Positions 9,071 through 20,436 are shown, numbered from the stretch's first letter. The stretch: DNA of 64,000 bases from Acidobacteriota bacterium (GCA_965263035.1 OZ253580.1:4480001-4544000), one strand, 5' to 3'. Notes: generated by a model not told the origin, from the letters alone. Numbers and translations are program-made.

Positions 9071-11938
9071 ATGCTTCGTGGCTTCCAACTGAAGGCTATT
9101 CTGGTCGTCCTGGCTTCCGTCGTCGCCGTCTACGCCGGCGTCCTGAATCTTCTGGATCGGTCGACTTGGGGCGAGGTCTCTGACGGGATCGTCTGGACCG
9201 AAGGAAGCAGCGGGAACGTGGTCGCTCATCGGATCCGGGATCCGGCGGGCGGCGGGCCGCGTGCCGGAATCGAGACGGGAGACCGGCTGCTGGAGCTGGG
9301 GGGTATCGAGATCCGGACTCTCGACGACTATGTCGAGGTGATGGAAGTCTTGGCCGGGGCCGTTCCCCATGGCATGCCGGCGACGTATCTGATCCAGAAA
9401 ACACCGGGAGGCGATCGGAGCCGACACGAAGTGCAGTTGGAGATCGAGTCGGGGCTCGACCGGACCGACAGCCTTCTGGTGCTTGTAGCCCTGCTCCACC
9501 TCTCCATCGGATTGTTCGTCTTTCTGCGAAAGCACCAGTCACCGGGCGCACTCCACTTTTTTCTGCTGTGCCTGGTTTCGTTCTGCCTGTATCTGTACCG
9601 GTACTCCGGCCGCGGCGATCCCTTCGATCTCCTGATTTATTGGATCGGGTCGGTGGCCCTGCTGGTTCTTCCCCCCTTGTTTCTCCATTTCTGCGCGACT
9701 TTTCCCGAGGCCCAACGATGGCTGGATCCGCGGGGAAAGCTGGGGGCTGCCTTCTATCTGCCGGCGGTCACGCTACTGGCGATCCACGTGGCTTGGTTCC
9801 TGGGGTCTCTGCAGCCGCTGGGGTTGGCGCGAAGTCCGGGGATCGCCCACTTCTTTGACAAGATTCATCTGTCCCATTTGGGGATCTTCTTCTGTCTGGG
9901 AGCCGGTCTGCTCATCCATTCCGGCCGGCAGGCACGGACACCCCTTCACCGCAGGCAGATGAAGTGGGTGTCCCATGGGACCCTCATCGCCCTGGCCCCG
10001 TTCCTGATTCTGTATGCCGGACCCTATTTCCTGGGCTTTCCCATCCATCCCCTCATGGAGATGTCGATCTTGAGTCTGACGCTCCTTCCCTTGTGTTTCG
10101 GATACGCCATCATCCGGTACCGATTGATGGACGTGGAGTTGATCTTCCGCGAAAGCGCGGCCTACGTCCTGGCCAGTTGGGTCCTGCTGGTTTTTTACGT
10201 GGGGGTGGTCCTGCTGGTCGGTGGAACGCTATTCGGTCTCTCTCCCCATTCCGACTTCTCAGTGTTCGCCGTTTCGGCCTTGGTGGTGGCCTTCCTGTTC
10301 GCACCGGTGAAGAACAGGATTCAGCAGCGACTGGATCGCTACTACTATCCGGAGACCTACGACTATCGTCAGTCATTTGCGGATTTCGGAAGGAGCCTGA
10401 ACTCGGAAATCAGTTTGCCGCGTTTGGCGGAGCGAGTTTGCGCCCGGATCGAGCAGACCTTCACTGTCCGTCCCGTGGCCGTCTTTCTCCGCTCTCCGGA
10501 CCGGCCTGGTCAATTCTTCCTTTACCACGCCCTCGGTGTGAACGGCCGGCTTGATAAGGACAGTCCGATCCTGGTGCCGGCTCCACCTTGGGGCCGCGGT
10601 GACGGCCGGGCGGAGCGGTTGGCGCCGGGTGTCGGCGGCTGGGATGAGGAGACGCGTCACCAGACCCGACTGTCAGCCCTGGGAATTCGGTGTCTCCAGC
10701 CCCTCGAGACCCATGGCCGCGTCATCGGCCTGCTGGGTCTGGGGGATCGGGCCAACGGCGACGTCTTGAACAGCGAGGATATGGAGTTGCTGGCGGCGCT
10801 TGCCGGCTATGTGGCAACGGCCGTGGACAACGCGGTGCTCTACCGTTCGTTGGAAACCAGGGCGGGCGAGCTTCAGAGGCTCAAGACCTACAACGAAAGC
10901 GTGATCCAGAGCATTACGGCGGGAGTCGTGGTGGTCGATTCGGAAGGCGCCGTCCGAGTCTGGAACTCGTTCATGGAGTCTTTCTACGGCTTGGAGGCGA
11001 GCCAGGCGGTCGGCCGGAGTATCGACAACGTCTTTCCCTCGGACCTGCTCCAATCCGTGAAGGAGGCACTGGGCGGATCTCGCTGGCGCATTCCGGAGGT
11101 GACGCGCCTGGACAAGGCGCGTCTCAAGTCCTCGTCGGGCGAGGATCGCCTCGTGAATATTCACCTCTCGCCCTTCGTGGCCCAGGATGACGTACTCACC
11201 GGAACTCTTCTGCTCTTCGACGACGTGACGGTGAAGGCGCAGTTGGAGGATCAACTGGTGCAGGCGGAGAAGCTCACGTCCATCGGCCTCCTGGCGGCGG
11301 GTGTGGCGCATGAAGTCAATACGCCTCTGGCCGGGATCTCGAGCTACACGCAGTTGCTGCTGGATTCGACTCCTGCTTCCGACTTCCGGCGCGACCTGTT
11401 GGAGAAGATCGAAAAGCAGAGCTTTCGAGCCTCGCGGATCGTCAACAACCTGGTCAACTTTGCCCGTGTCCGGGACGGCGAAATCCGCGAGGTCAACGTC
11501 AATTCCCTGATGTTGGAGACGGTGTCCCTCTTGGAGCATCAACTCTGGAGCCATAGGGTGGAGGTCAGTCTCCATCTCGATCCCGCTCTTCCCCGCACCC
11601 GGGGACATGAGGGCAAGCTGCAGCAGGTTTTCGTCAACTTGCTGATGAATGCCAAGGACGCCATGCCGGACGGAGGGAGCATCACGGTCCGTACCTCCCG
11701 TAGGAATTCAGGTCTCGTGGTGGAGGTGGAAGACAGTGGAAAGGGCATTCCCGGCGACGTTCTCCACCGGATCTACGATCCCTTCTTCACCACCAAGGAC
11801 GTAGGGAAGGGGACCGGCCTGGGGCTCTCGGTCTGTTACGGAATCGTTCAGGAGCACGAGGGTCGAATTCAGGCGCGAAGCCGAGTGGGGGAGGGGAGCA
11901 CGTTCACAGTCCAGCTGCCCGTGAAAAGGGTTCAATGA
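9071..11938 (+). CDS. Membrane sensor histidine kinase (PDZ, multi-TM, GAF, PAS, HisKA, HATPase)
   Basis: PDZ-like RAGIETGDRLLELGG; many TM helices; GAF (PLETHGRVIGLL); PAS; LAAGVAHEVNTPL; GKGTGLGLS; start at MLRGFQ after GGGAG. Confidence 0.88.
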   Translation: MLRGFQLKAILVVLASVVAVYAGVLNLLDRSTWGEVSDGIVWTEGSSGNVVAHRIRDPAGGGPRAGIETGDRLLELGGIEIRTLDDYVEVMEVLAGAVPHGMPATYLIQKTPGGDRSRHEVQLEIESGLDRTDSLLVLVALLHLSIGLFVFLRKHQSPGALHFFLLCLVSFCLYLYRYSGRGDPFDLLIYWIGSVALLVLPPLFLHFCATFPEAQRWLDPRGKLGAAFYLPAVTLLAIHVAWFLGSLQPLGLARSPGIAHFFDKIHLSHLGIFFCLGAGLLIHSGRQARTPLHRRQMKWVSHGTLIALAPFLILYAGPYFLGFPIHPLMEMSILSLTLLPLCFGYAIIRYRLMDVELIFRESAAYVLASWVLLVFYVGVVLLVGGTLFGLSPHSDFSVFAVSALVVAFLFAPVKNRIQQRLDRYYYPETYDYRQSFADFGRSLNSEISLPRLAERVCARIEQTFTVRPVAVFLRSPDRPGQFFLYHALGVNGRLDKDSPILVPAPPWGRGDGRAERLAPGVGGWDEETRHQTRLSALGIRCLQPLETHGRVIGLLGLGDRANGDVLNSEDMELLAALAGYVATAVDNAVLYRSLETRAGELQRLKTYNESVIQSITAGVVVVDSEGAVRVWNSFMESFYGLEASQAVGRSIDNVFPSDLLQSVKEALGGSRWRIPEVTRLDKARLKSSSGEDRLVNIHLSPFVAQDDVLTGTLLLFDDVTVKAQLEDQLVQAEKLTSIGLLAAGVAHEVNTPLAGISSYTQLLLDSTPASDFRRDLLEKIEKQSFRASRIVNNLVNFARVRDGEIREVNVNSLMLETVSLLEHQLWSHRVEVSLHLDPALPRTRGHEGKLQQVFVNLLMNAKDAMPDGGSITVRTSRRNSGLVVEVEDSGKGIPGDVLHRIYDPFFTTKDVGKGTGLGLSVCYGIVQEHEGRIQARSRVGEGSTFTVQLPVKRVQ

Positions 11939-13323
11939 CATCCCGGGCTTCAGTTCTGATCATCGACGACGAAGAGATCATGCGAGAGGTCTTCTCGCGA
12001 GTCGTCGCCGGCGGCGGCCACCGGGTTCTCCTCGCTTCCTCGGGAGAGGAAGGGCTCGAGCTGATTCGACGGGAGCCGGTGGACCTGGTGCTCCTGGACC
12101 TGATGCTTCCGGGCATCGGCGGACTCGAGACGTTGGAGAAGATCCTCGACCTGGATCCTGACCTGGCCGTCATCATGGTCACGGCCTATGCGTCCATCGA
12201 GAACGCGGTGCAGGCGACCCGGCTGGGAGCGTTCGACTTCGTGACCAAACCATTTCGCAACGAAGAGTTGCTGTTGGTCATCAAGAACGGCATTCGACAG
12301 CGCCGCCTCGAGTTGGAGAATCGCCAGCTCAAGTCCAGTCTCCACCACCGTCAGGGTCACTTCCAGAACATCGTCGGGAAGAGCGAACCGATCCGTCGGG
12401 TCACGGACCTCATTACCCAGGTGGGTCCGGGCCGCAGCACGGTTCTGATCACGGGAGAGAGCGGTACCGGGAAGGAGTTGGTCGCCAAGGCCATACACAA
12501 TCTGAGTCCCCGGCGCGTCCGGTCCTTCGTCCCCGTCAACAGCGGCTCGATTCCCTCCGAGCTCCTGGAAAGTGAGCTTTTCGGGCACGTGAAGGGAGCA
12601 TTTACCGGGGCCACGGCAACCAAGAAGGGACTGTTCGAAATCGCTCATGGGGGCACCCTTTTCCTGGACGAAATCGGTACCGTCCCGGTGCAGACCCAGG
12701 CCAAGCTGTTGCGGGTTCTGCAGGAGAGGGAATTCCGTGCCGTGGGTGGCATACGGAACATCAAGGTCGACGTGAGAATCGTGGCCGCCACCAACGTGGG
12801 CCTGGAGCAGGCGGTCAGGGAAGGCCGATTCCGAGAGGACCTCTACTACCGTCTCAAGGTCATCACCGTGGACGTGGCGCCGTTGCGCGATCGGAAGGAT
12901 GACATCCCTCTGCTGGCCCACCATTTCCTTACCCGCTTCAACCGCGAGAATGAAAAGACGTTGAATTCCATCGACCAGGACGCGCTCAGGGTCATGATGA
13001 ACTACGACTGGCCCGGGAACGTCAGGGAACTGGAGAACGCCATCGAACGTGCAGTGGTTCTTTCCGGGACCAGCGGAAGCATCCGATCAGATCTGCTTCC
13101 TCAGGAAATTCTGGATTCGACCTCGGGCCGGGTGGATGGAATCCCGGCGCAATCCCAGAACGGTTCCCTCAGGGACCTGGTGCTCGAGTTTGAGCGAAAT
13201 CTGATTCTGCTGGCGCTGGAACGGGCCAATTGGAACCAGAGGAAGGCCGCCAGTCTTCTCAAGGTCAAGCCGACCACCCTCAATGCCAAGTTGAAACGCC
13301 TGCAGGTCAGAATCCCCTCCTGA
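11935..13323 (+). CDS. sigma54-dependent response regulator (NtrC/AtoC family)
   Basis: REC, GESGTGKE, ESELFGHVKGAFTGA, FREDLYYRL, HTH; ATGA overlap with the kinase. Confidence 0.92.
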   Translation: MTSRASVLIIDDEEIMREVFSRVVAGGGHRVLLASSGEEGLELIRREPVDLVLLDLMLPGIGGLETLEKILDLDPDLAVIMVTAYASIENAVQATRLGAFDFVTKPFRNEELLLVIKNGIRQRRLELENRQLKSSLHHRQGHFQNIVGKSEPIRRVTDLITQVGPGRSTVLITGESGTGKELVAKAIHNLSPRRVRSFVPVNSGSIPSELLESELFGHVKGAFTGATATKKGLFEIAHGGTLFLDEIGTVPVQTQAKLLRVLQEREFRAVGGIRNIKVDVRIVAATNVGLEQAVREGRFREDLYYRLKVITVDVAPLRDRKDDIPLLAHHFLTRFNRENEKTLNSIDQDALRVMMNYDWPGNVRELENAIERAVVLSGTSGSIRSDLLPQEILDSTSGRVDGIPAQSQNGSLRDLVLEFERNLILLALERANWNQRKAASLLKVKPTTLNAKLKRLQVRIPS

Positions 13324-13331
13324 ACGCATAA

Positions 13332-13382
13332 CAGCCCGTGGCAACAGTCGTCACGGCATGCGACCGTCCCTGCATCCCGGCG
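13332..13382 (+). repeat. Truncated copy of MITE-like family B
   Basis: cagcccgtggcaacagtcgtcacggcatgcgaccgtccctgcatcccggcg matches the first 51 bp of the copy at 37024. Confidence 0.8.
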
Positions 13383-13416
13383 CAGTTTGCTTCCCGGATG
13401 TCTCCTCCGGGCCGGT

Positions 13417-13446
13417 TTGACTTGCCCGGCGAGGCGGGGCTATCAT
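13417..13446 (+). promoter_or_regulatory. Putative sigma70 promoter of the exbB operon
   Basis: TTGACT-18 bp-TATCAT. Confidence 0.5.
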
Positions 13447-13576
13447 GACTTTTCCTGACGAGTGCCACGGGGTCGGATGCCAGACTCTTTGGACTGAATT
13501 GATACTTCCACCGATTTTTGCAGTCTAATTTACTCAGCACATTGGTTTGTTGGTCGGACAATAGGAGGACAGGACA

Positions 13577-14257
13577 GTGGTAGTAGCAATCGGGGGGACC
13601 CTGTGGAGTTATTTCCAGCAGGGCGGTCCCATGATGTACGCCCTCCTTCTCTGTTCCATACTCGCGTTGATATTCATCATCGAACGGATGATCACGTACT
13701 ACCGGGTTCAAGGAACCACGGCGGACATCTTTTCCTCAGTCCGCCAGGCATTGCTCGACGGGGATCTTCGCCGCTCCCTGGAGGTTTGCGAGTCCTATAC
13801 TCACCCCGTCGCCAGCACTCTGAAGTCGGGTCTGCTCCGGTACGGAAAGCCTCACTACGAGATCGAGAAGGCAATGGAAAGCGTGGCGCTTCACGAGGTT
13901 TCCAATTTGGAGAAGGGGCTCTGGATCCTGGGAACGGTGGCCAACATTGCTCCGTTGTTCGGATTCCTGGGAACCGTCACCGGTATGATCGCGTCATTTG
14001 AGGCGTTGGCGGAGGTCGGCCTTGGAAACCCGCAGGCGGTGGCAGGTGGCATCGCCGAGGCCCTGGTGACCACGGCGACGGGCCTCATCGTCGCTCTCCC
14101 GGTCCAGGCCGCATACAACTACTTCAGCAACCGGGTCTCAATCCTGGGTCTGGACATGGAAACCAGTTCGTCCATGCTGTTGGAGACGTTCAACGAGTTG
14201 GAGGAAAGGCAGGGCGGAAGAGACCGGCTGACGGAAACGGCCCCGAGTGATTCCTGA
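13577..14257 (+). CDS. exbB: MotA/TolQ/ExbB proton channel protein
   Basis: APLFGFLGTVTGMI, GIAEALVTTATGL; AGGAGG RBS. Confidence 0.9.
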   Translation: MVVAIGGTLWSYFQQGGPMMYALLLCSILALIFIIERMITYYRVQGTTADIFSSVRQALLDGDLRRSLEVCESYTHPVASTLKSGLLRYGKPHYEIEKAMESVALHEVSNLEKGLWILGTVANIAPLFGFLGTVTGMIASFEALAEVGLGNPQAVAGGIAEALVTTATGLIVALPVQAAYNYFSNRVSILGLDMETSSSMLLETFNELEERQGGRDRLTETAPSDS

Positions 14258-14691
14258 TGAAGCTGAGACGGGAAGCATCCGTATCCATGGTTCCCCGGAT
14301 TCCGACGGCATCCATGGCGGATATCGCCTTTCTGCTCATTATTTTCTTCATGTTGACGACTTCCTTTTCTCCGGAACGGACCTCGGTGAGCTTGCCCGAG
14401 TCGGAGATTCGGACGGAAGTATCCAAGGATGCAGCCATCGTTGCGATCTCATCTCAAGGCGAGGTCAGCTTTACTGATGGCGAGGTGCCGGCGTTCCCGC
14501 TGGCGAATATCGCCGAGTTGGGTCAATTGGTGAAAACACTGGTAGCCGTGATTCCGGGGAAGGAGTTTCTGATCAAGGCGGACCGGAATGTCCAATATCA
14601 ATTGGTGGACGGCGTCCTGGAGCAGTTGCGGAGCAATGGCGCCCGCCGGATCGGCCTCCTCACCGATCGAAAGCCAAAGGAATCGGGTTGA
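14257..14691 (+). CDS. exbD: ExbD/TolR family protein
   Basis: SMADIAFLLIIFFML, IKADRNVQY. Confidence 0.9.
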   Translation: MKLRREASVSMVPRIPTASMADIAFLLIIFFMLTTSFSPERTSVSLPESEIRTEVSKDAAIVAISSQGEVSFTDGEVPAFPLANIAELGQLVKTLVAVIPGKEFLIKADRNVQYQLVDGVLEQLRSNGARRIGLLTDRKPKESG

Positions 14692-15129
14692 ATGAAGTTC
14701 CGAAGCCGTCTCCAGCGGAGCCCCGAGGTCCCCACCTCCTCCATGGCCGACATCGCCTTTCTGTTGATCATCTTCTTCATGTTGACGGCGGTCTTTACTT
14801 CTAACCGGGGGATTCAGTTCGCTTTCCCCAAGGAGGATCCGACCCGGTTGGACGTCCAGCCCGAGGAAGCCGTCCACATCAAGATCACGGGCGAACAGCA
14901 ATACCTGGTGGACAAGACGCCCATGTCACTGGGTTCGCTGGCGAGCTATGTGGAAGCGAAGATGGGGCAGAATCCCAGCAAGCCCGTGATCATTCAGACA
15001 CAGGGACATGTTCCGTATCGGGTAATGATCGAAGTTTTCGACCTCTTGAGGCACCTTGAGGTCAAGAACATCTCGGTTCCTACGGAGTCGGAAGTCGAGC
15101 GCTGGAAGACATTCGGTGTTTTCGAGTGA
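14692..15129 (+). CDS. exbD: Second ExbD/TolR family protein
   Basis: SMADIAFLLIIFFML; tandem paralogue. Confidence 0.88.
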   Translation: MKFRSRLQRSPEVPTSSMADIAFLLIIFFMLTAVFTSNRGIQFAFPKEDPTRLDVQPEEAVHIKITGEQQYLVDKTPMSLGSLASYVEAKMGQNPSKPVIIQTQGHVPYRVMIEVFDLLRHLEVKNISVPTESEVERWKTFGVFE

Positions 15130-15148
15130 AGCCGACGAAGGGGTGACC

Positions 15149-16126
15149 ATGCGGCCCGCCCGTCGCCATTGCCGAATCGGAATGCTGGCACTGTTGCTCG
15201 GTACTCGTCTGCTCTGGGGCCAGGGCGACTTCGGGAAGGGGATCTCCTTCTACAAGCAGGGGCAGTACGACAAGGCCATAGCAGAGTTCGAGGTGATCGT
15301 CGAGGAGCACTCTGACTATGAAAGTGGTCACCGGATTCTCGGGATCTCGTACCTGAAGACCGATCGGGCGGACAAGGCCATCGAGTCCTTCAAGAAGGCG
15401 CTGGAACTCAAAGACGACGTCTACGCCTCGCATCAGGGTCTGGGGATCGCCTACTACAACACGGGTAATTTTCAGGAAGCCGTCGCGGCGCTTGAAAAAG
15501 CGGAGCCGTACGTCAAGTCGCCTGCGGATCGCTACCAACTGCACCACACGCGAGGAAGTGCCTACTTCAATCTGGCCATGTATGACCGGGCCATCTCGGA
15601 TCTGGAGAGGGCCGTCTCGATCCGCAGGGGCCAGTTTGACGATGTGTTCCAACTCGGATTGGCCCATTACAGGAAGAGGAGCTACGCACTGGCCGAGGGA
15701 TTCTTGAAACAGGCCGTCGGGCTGAATCCAAATTCCGCCGAAGCCCGGAACCACCTCTCTCGCATCGTCTATTACCGAGGCGTTGCGTCCCTGGAACAGG
15801 GAAACTATTCGGAAGCGGTCACCATCTTGGGCGAATACCTGAAGGAACAACCGGAAGACGGGGATGCCTGGTTCAATCTGGGGATCGCTCATCTCTTCTC
15901 CGAACATCTTTCGGCGGCACAGGAAGCCTTTTTGAAGAGCAGGGAAATCGCCCCGGATCACTGGGAGACATATAACCGGCTCGGTTACATCTACGAAATG
16001 AATGACCAGTATTCGGAGGCTCTGGAACACTACAAGAAAGCTCACAGCCTCAGGCAGGATGGTGAGATCCAGGCGAGCGTCGAGCGGCTCCAGGAACGAA
16101 TTCGACGGCAGAAGGAGCGAAGATAA
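15149..16126 (+). CDS. Secreted tetratricopeptide-repeat protein
   Basis: Signal peptide followed by repeated TPR motifs (LGISYLK, LGIAYYN, LGLAHYR, LGYIYE). Confidence 0.85.
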   Translation: MRPARRHCRIGMLALLLGTRLLWGQGDFGKGISFYKQGQYDKAIAEFEVIVEEHSDYESGHRILGISYLKTDRADKAIESFKKALELKDDVYASHQGLGIAYYNTGNFQEAVAALEKAEPYVKSPADRYQLHHTRGSAYFNLAMYDRAISDLERAVSIRRGQFDDVFQLGLAHYRKRSYALAEGFLKQAVGLNPNSAEARNHLSRIVYYRGVASLEQGNYSEAVTILGEYLKEQPEDGDAWFNLGIAHLFSEHLSAAQEAFLKSREIAPDHWETYNRLGYIYEMNDQYSEALEHYKKAHSLRQDGEIQASVERLQERIRRQKERR

Positions 16127-16151
16127 CCTCCCCCCCGCCCGTTTCGTGTGA

Positions 16152-17462
<1,311 letters not shown>

Positions 17463-17502
17463 CAAGAACCACTGTTTGACCCTGTTATTGCCGCGCTGAA
17501 TC

Positions 17503-19038
17503 ATGTCGACACCCCCCGTGGTCCTTCTGGCCGTCCTGGATGGTTGGGGATGGCGAGACGGTCGGGAAGGGAATGCCATCGCCCAGGCCCGACTCCCCAA
17601 CATGGAGAGTCTCTACTCGCGCTACGCCTGGACCCGCTTGGCGGCCAGTGGCGGACGTGTCGGCCTGCCCCAGGGCCAGATGGGTAACAGCGAGGTCGGC
17701 CATTTGAATCTGGGGGCCGGACGGATTGTCCCGCAGGATCTGACCCGAATCGATCGAGCCATAGAAACAGGGCGGTTCGACGGCAACTCGAGCCTGCGAT
17801 CCGTTATGGAAAGGGCTCGCCACACGGCGCTTCACCTGATCGGGCTGGTTTCGGACGGTGGAGTGCACAGCCACATCCGCCACCTGCTGGCGTTGCTGCG
17901 GCTGGCCCGGAACGAGCATGTCGAGAAGGTGTGGATCCACGCGATCCTGGATGGGAGGGACGCGAGTCCCAGCGGCGGAGTGCAATTTCTGGAACAGTTG
18001 CAGGCAGAAACCAGGAAACTGGGAACGGGAGGATTGGCTTCGGTCGGCGGCCGCTACTACGCCATGGATCGCGACAACCGTTGGGACCGGGTGGAAAAGG
18101 CCTACCGATGTATGGTCGAGGGTCGAGGAGGACGAGGCTGGCGGAATCCGATTCAGGGTGTGGAGGAGTCGTATCGAAACGGGGTCTACGATGAGTTCGT
18201 GGACCCATTTTCGGTTGTGGATTCACTCGGCCGTCCGATGGGCTCGATCGATCCCGATCATGCGGCCATTTTCTTCAACTTCCGTGCCGACCGGGCTCGC
18301 CAACTCACACACTCACTGACGGGAGTCGATTTCCGGGCCTTTCCCCGGAGCCGGGAGCCCATGGCTCACTTTCTCACGATGACCCAGTATCGGCTCGACT
18401 GGGCGCTGCCGGCGGCCTTCCGTTACGTTCCCGTTCAGCACACGCTGGCCCAGCTCTTGAGTTCCCACGGCGTTTCCAATCTGCGGCTGGCGGAGACGGA
18501 AAAATACGCTCACGTCACCTATTTCTTCAACGGGGGGGCAGAGGACCCTCCGGCAGGCGAGACGAGGGTTCTGATTCCGTCTCCGAAGGTGGCCACGTAC
18601 GATCTCCAACCCTGGATGAGCGCCGCCGAGATCACGAATCGCTTGCTTTACGAGTTGGAGCGCGGCGTCTTTCCGGCCATGGTGGTCAATTTTGCCAACG
18701 CCGACATGGTGGGACACACGGGAGACCTGGCGGCCACCGTCCAGGCGGTAGAGGCGGTGGACTCCTGCCTTGGCCGAATCTACCGAAAGATCCGGAAAAC
18801 CGGGGGCGTCATGGCGGTCACGGCAGACCATGGGAATGCCGAGTTGATGGTGGATGCGAAGACAGGTCAGCCCCATACGGCTCACACCAGTCACCCGGTG
18901 CCGTTCATTCTGGTCGATCCTCAAAACCGGCCAGCGTTGAGGTCGGGAGGAGCTCTGGAGGATGTGGCCCCCACGCTGCTGCAATATCTGGACTTGCCGC
19001 AGCCGGAGGAAATGACCGGCCGATCCCTGTTGATCTAG
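17503..19038 (+). CDS. gpmI: 2,3-bisphosphoglycerate-independent phosphoglycerate mutase
   Basis: LDGWG, GQMGNSEVGH, AETEKYAHVT, NADMVGHTG, TADHGNAE. Confidence 0.97.
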   Translation: MSTPPVVLLAVLDGWGWRDGREGNAIAQARLPNMESLYSRYAWTRLAASGGRVGLPQGQMGNSEVGHLNLGAGRIVPQDLTRIDRAIETGRFDGNSSLRSVMERARHTALHLIGLVSDGGVHSHIRHLLALLRLARNEHVEKVWIHAILDGRDASPSGGVQFLEQLQAETRKLGTGGLASVGGRYYAMDRDNRWDRVEKAYRCMVEGRGGRGWRNPIQGVEESYRNGVYDEFVDPFSVVDSLGRPMGSIDPDHAAIFFNFRADRARQLTHSLTGVDFRAFPRSREPMAHFLTMTQYRLDWALPAAFRYVPVQHTLAQLLSSHGVSNLRLAETEKYAHVTYFFNGGAEDPPAGETRVLIPSPKVATYDLQPWMSAAEITNRLLYELERGVFPAMVVNFANADMVGHTGDLAATVQAVEAVDSCLGRIYRKIRKTGGVMAVTADHGNAELMVDAKTGQPHTAHTSHPVPFILVDPQNRPALRSGGALEDVAPTLLQYLDLPQPEEMTGRSLLI

Positions 19039-19198
19039 GAGCCTGCGCCGCAGAAATTGAGCTACTGCGAAAGCGGTAGAATCGGTCCATATTTCCCCGA
19101 TTTCTCGGCGAATAGAACAACTATGCACCTCCAAATCGAGAAAATCCGGCCTCGATTCCCCACTTTCTCGCTACGATCATTGCTACCGCGCAGACTCC
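19038..19198. mobile_element. MITE-like element family A, long copy (161 bp)
   Basis: Imperfect TIRs GGAGCCTGCGC...GCGCAGACTCC; reverse complement matches 20339-20436. Confidence 0.75.
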
Positions 19199-19217
19199 TG
19201 GCCCAGCAGCATTGCCC

Positions 19218-20312
19218 ATGGACGTGAGCATCGTCATTCCAACCTGGAACGGACTCGCCTTGTTGCGGGAGACTCTGCCCTCGGTGTGCGTGGCGGCCGA
19301 GCTTTACCGTCGCGAGAGCAATTGCCGGACCGAGATCCTGGTCGTCGATGACGGCAGTGAGGACGAGACCCGGGACGTCCTGACGGCCGAGTTTCCCCGG
19401 GTCCGGCTGATCGAGTCCCCCTCGAATCGAGGTTTCGCCCCGACCTGCAATCTCGGATTCGAGCACGCCGATTTTCCGCTGGTGGCTCTCTTGAACAACG
19501 ACGTGAAGGTGGAGCCCGATTACCTTCTGTACCAAGCCCCGCATTTTCAGGACCCGGATGTGCTGGCGGTCACGGCTCGGGTCTTCTCCTGGGACGGAGG
19601 CGAGTTCACGGCGGGAGGGCGGTTCGGCCGTTTCCGGCGCGGCTTCTGGAGCGTCTATCTGAACTATGACTTGGACCCGAACAGCACCGGAGCGGAAATT
19701 CAGGACCGCCGATGGCTATCGGCCTATGCGGTCGGTGGGTTCGCCACCTACGACCGCCGGAAACTCCGGGAGCTGGGAGGTTTCAACACCCTCCTCGCCC
19801 CCTTCCATTGGGAGGATGTCGACCTTTCCTACCGCGGATGGAAGCGTGGGTGGAAGATCCACTACGAACCCAATAGCGTCGCCTATCACCGGATCAGCGC
19901 CACCATCGGCAGCCGATTCCGGCCTCGAAAGGTCGAGACCGTAGCGGTGCGGAATCGGCTCCTCTTCCACTGGATCAACCTCCACTCCACCGGCTACTGG
20001 ATTCGCCACCTGGTGGGACTCGCAGGCCTCCTGCTGACTCGGTTCATGGTGCTCGATGGAAACTTCTACCGTTCTTTCCTGGGCGCTCTCTCCCGGATTT
20101 CCAAAGTGAGGCGGATGCGGCGATGGGAGCGGGACCGGGCACGGCGATCCGATGTGGAGATCTCCAGAATACTGAGTTCCTTCTATCGGACCGCACCGAT
20201 TCGAGTGTATCGGAGCAGCAGCCAGGTCCGAGCGGAGCATCCGGGTCTGGAAAAAGCTCCTGCCGTCGAGGCCGACTCCTCTCGTCCCGGCCGGTTCGGT
20301 TGTATGATCTGA
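19218..20312 (+). CDS. Glycosyltransferase family 2
   Basis: VSIVIPTWNG, VVDDGSED, LLNND, EDVDLSYR. Confidence 0.9.
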   Translation: MDVSIVIPTWNGLALLRETLPSVCVAAELYRRESNCRTEILVVDDGSEDETRDVLTAEFPRVRLIESPSNRGFAPTCNLGFEHADFPLVALLNNDVKVEPDYLLYQAPHFQDPDVLAVTARVFSWDGGEFTAGGRFGRFRRGFWSVYLNYDLDPNSTGAEIQDRRWLSAYAVGGFATYDRRKLRELGGFNTLLAPFHWEDVDLSYRGWKRGWKIHYEPNSVAYHRISATIGSRFRPRKVETVAVRNRLLFHWINLHSTGYWIRHLVGLAGLLLTRFMVLDGNFYRSFLGALSRISKVRRMRRWERDRARRSDVEISRILSSFYRTAPIRVYRSSSQVRAEHPGLEKAPAVEADSSRPGRFGCMI

Positions 20313-20338
20313 GGATCTGAACTCCAGGTCAGGGGCTT

Positions 20339-20436
20339 GGAGTCTGCGCGGTAGAAATGATCGTAGCGAGAAAGCGGGGAAATATGGACCGATTCTACCG
20401 CTTTCGCAGTAGATCAATTTCTGCCGCGCAGGCTCC
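20339..20436. mobile_element. MITE-like element family A, internally deleted copy in inverted orientation (98 bp)
   Basis: Near-identical to the reverse complement of 19038-19198, lacking about 63 bp between two internal gagaaaN(c/t)gggga repeats. Confidence 0.75.
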
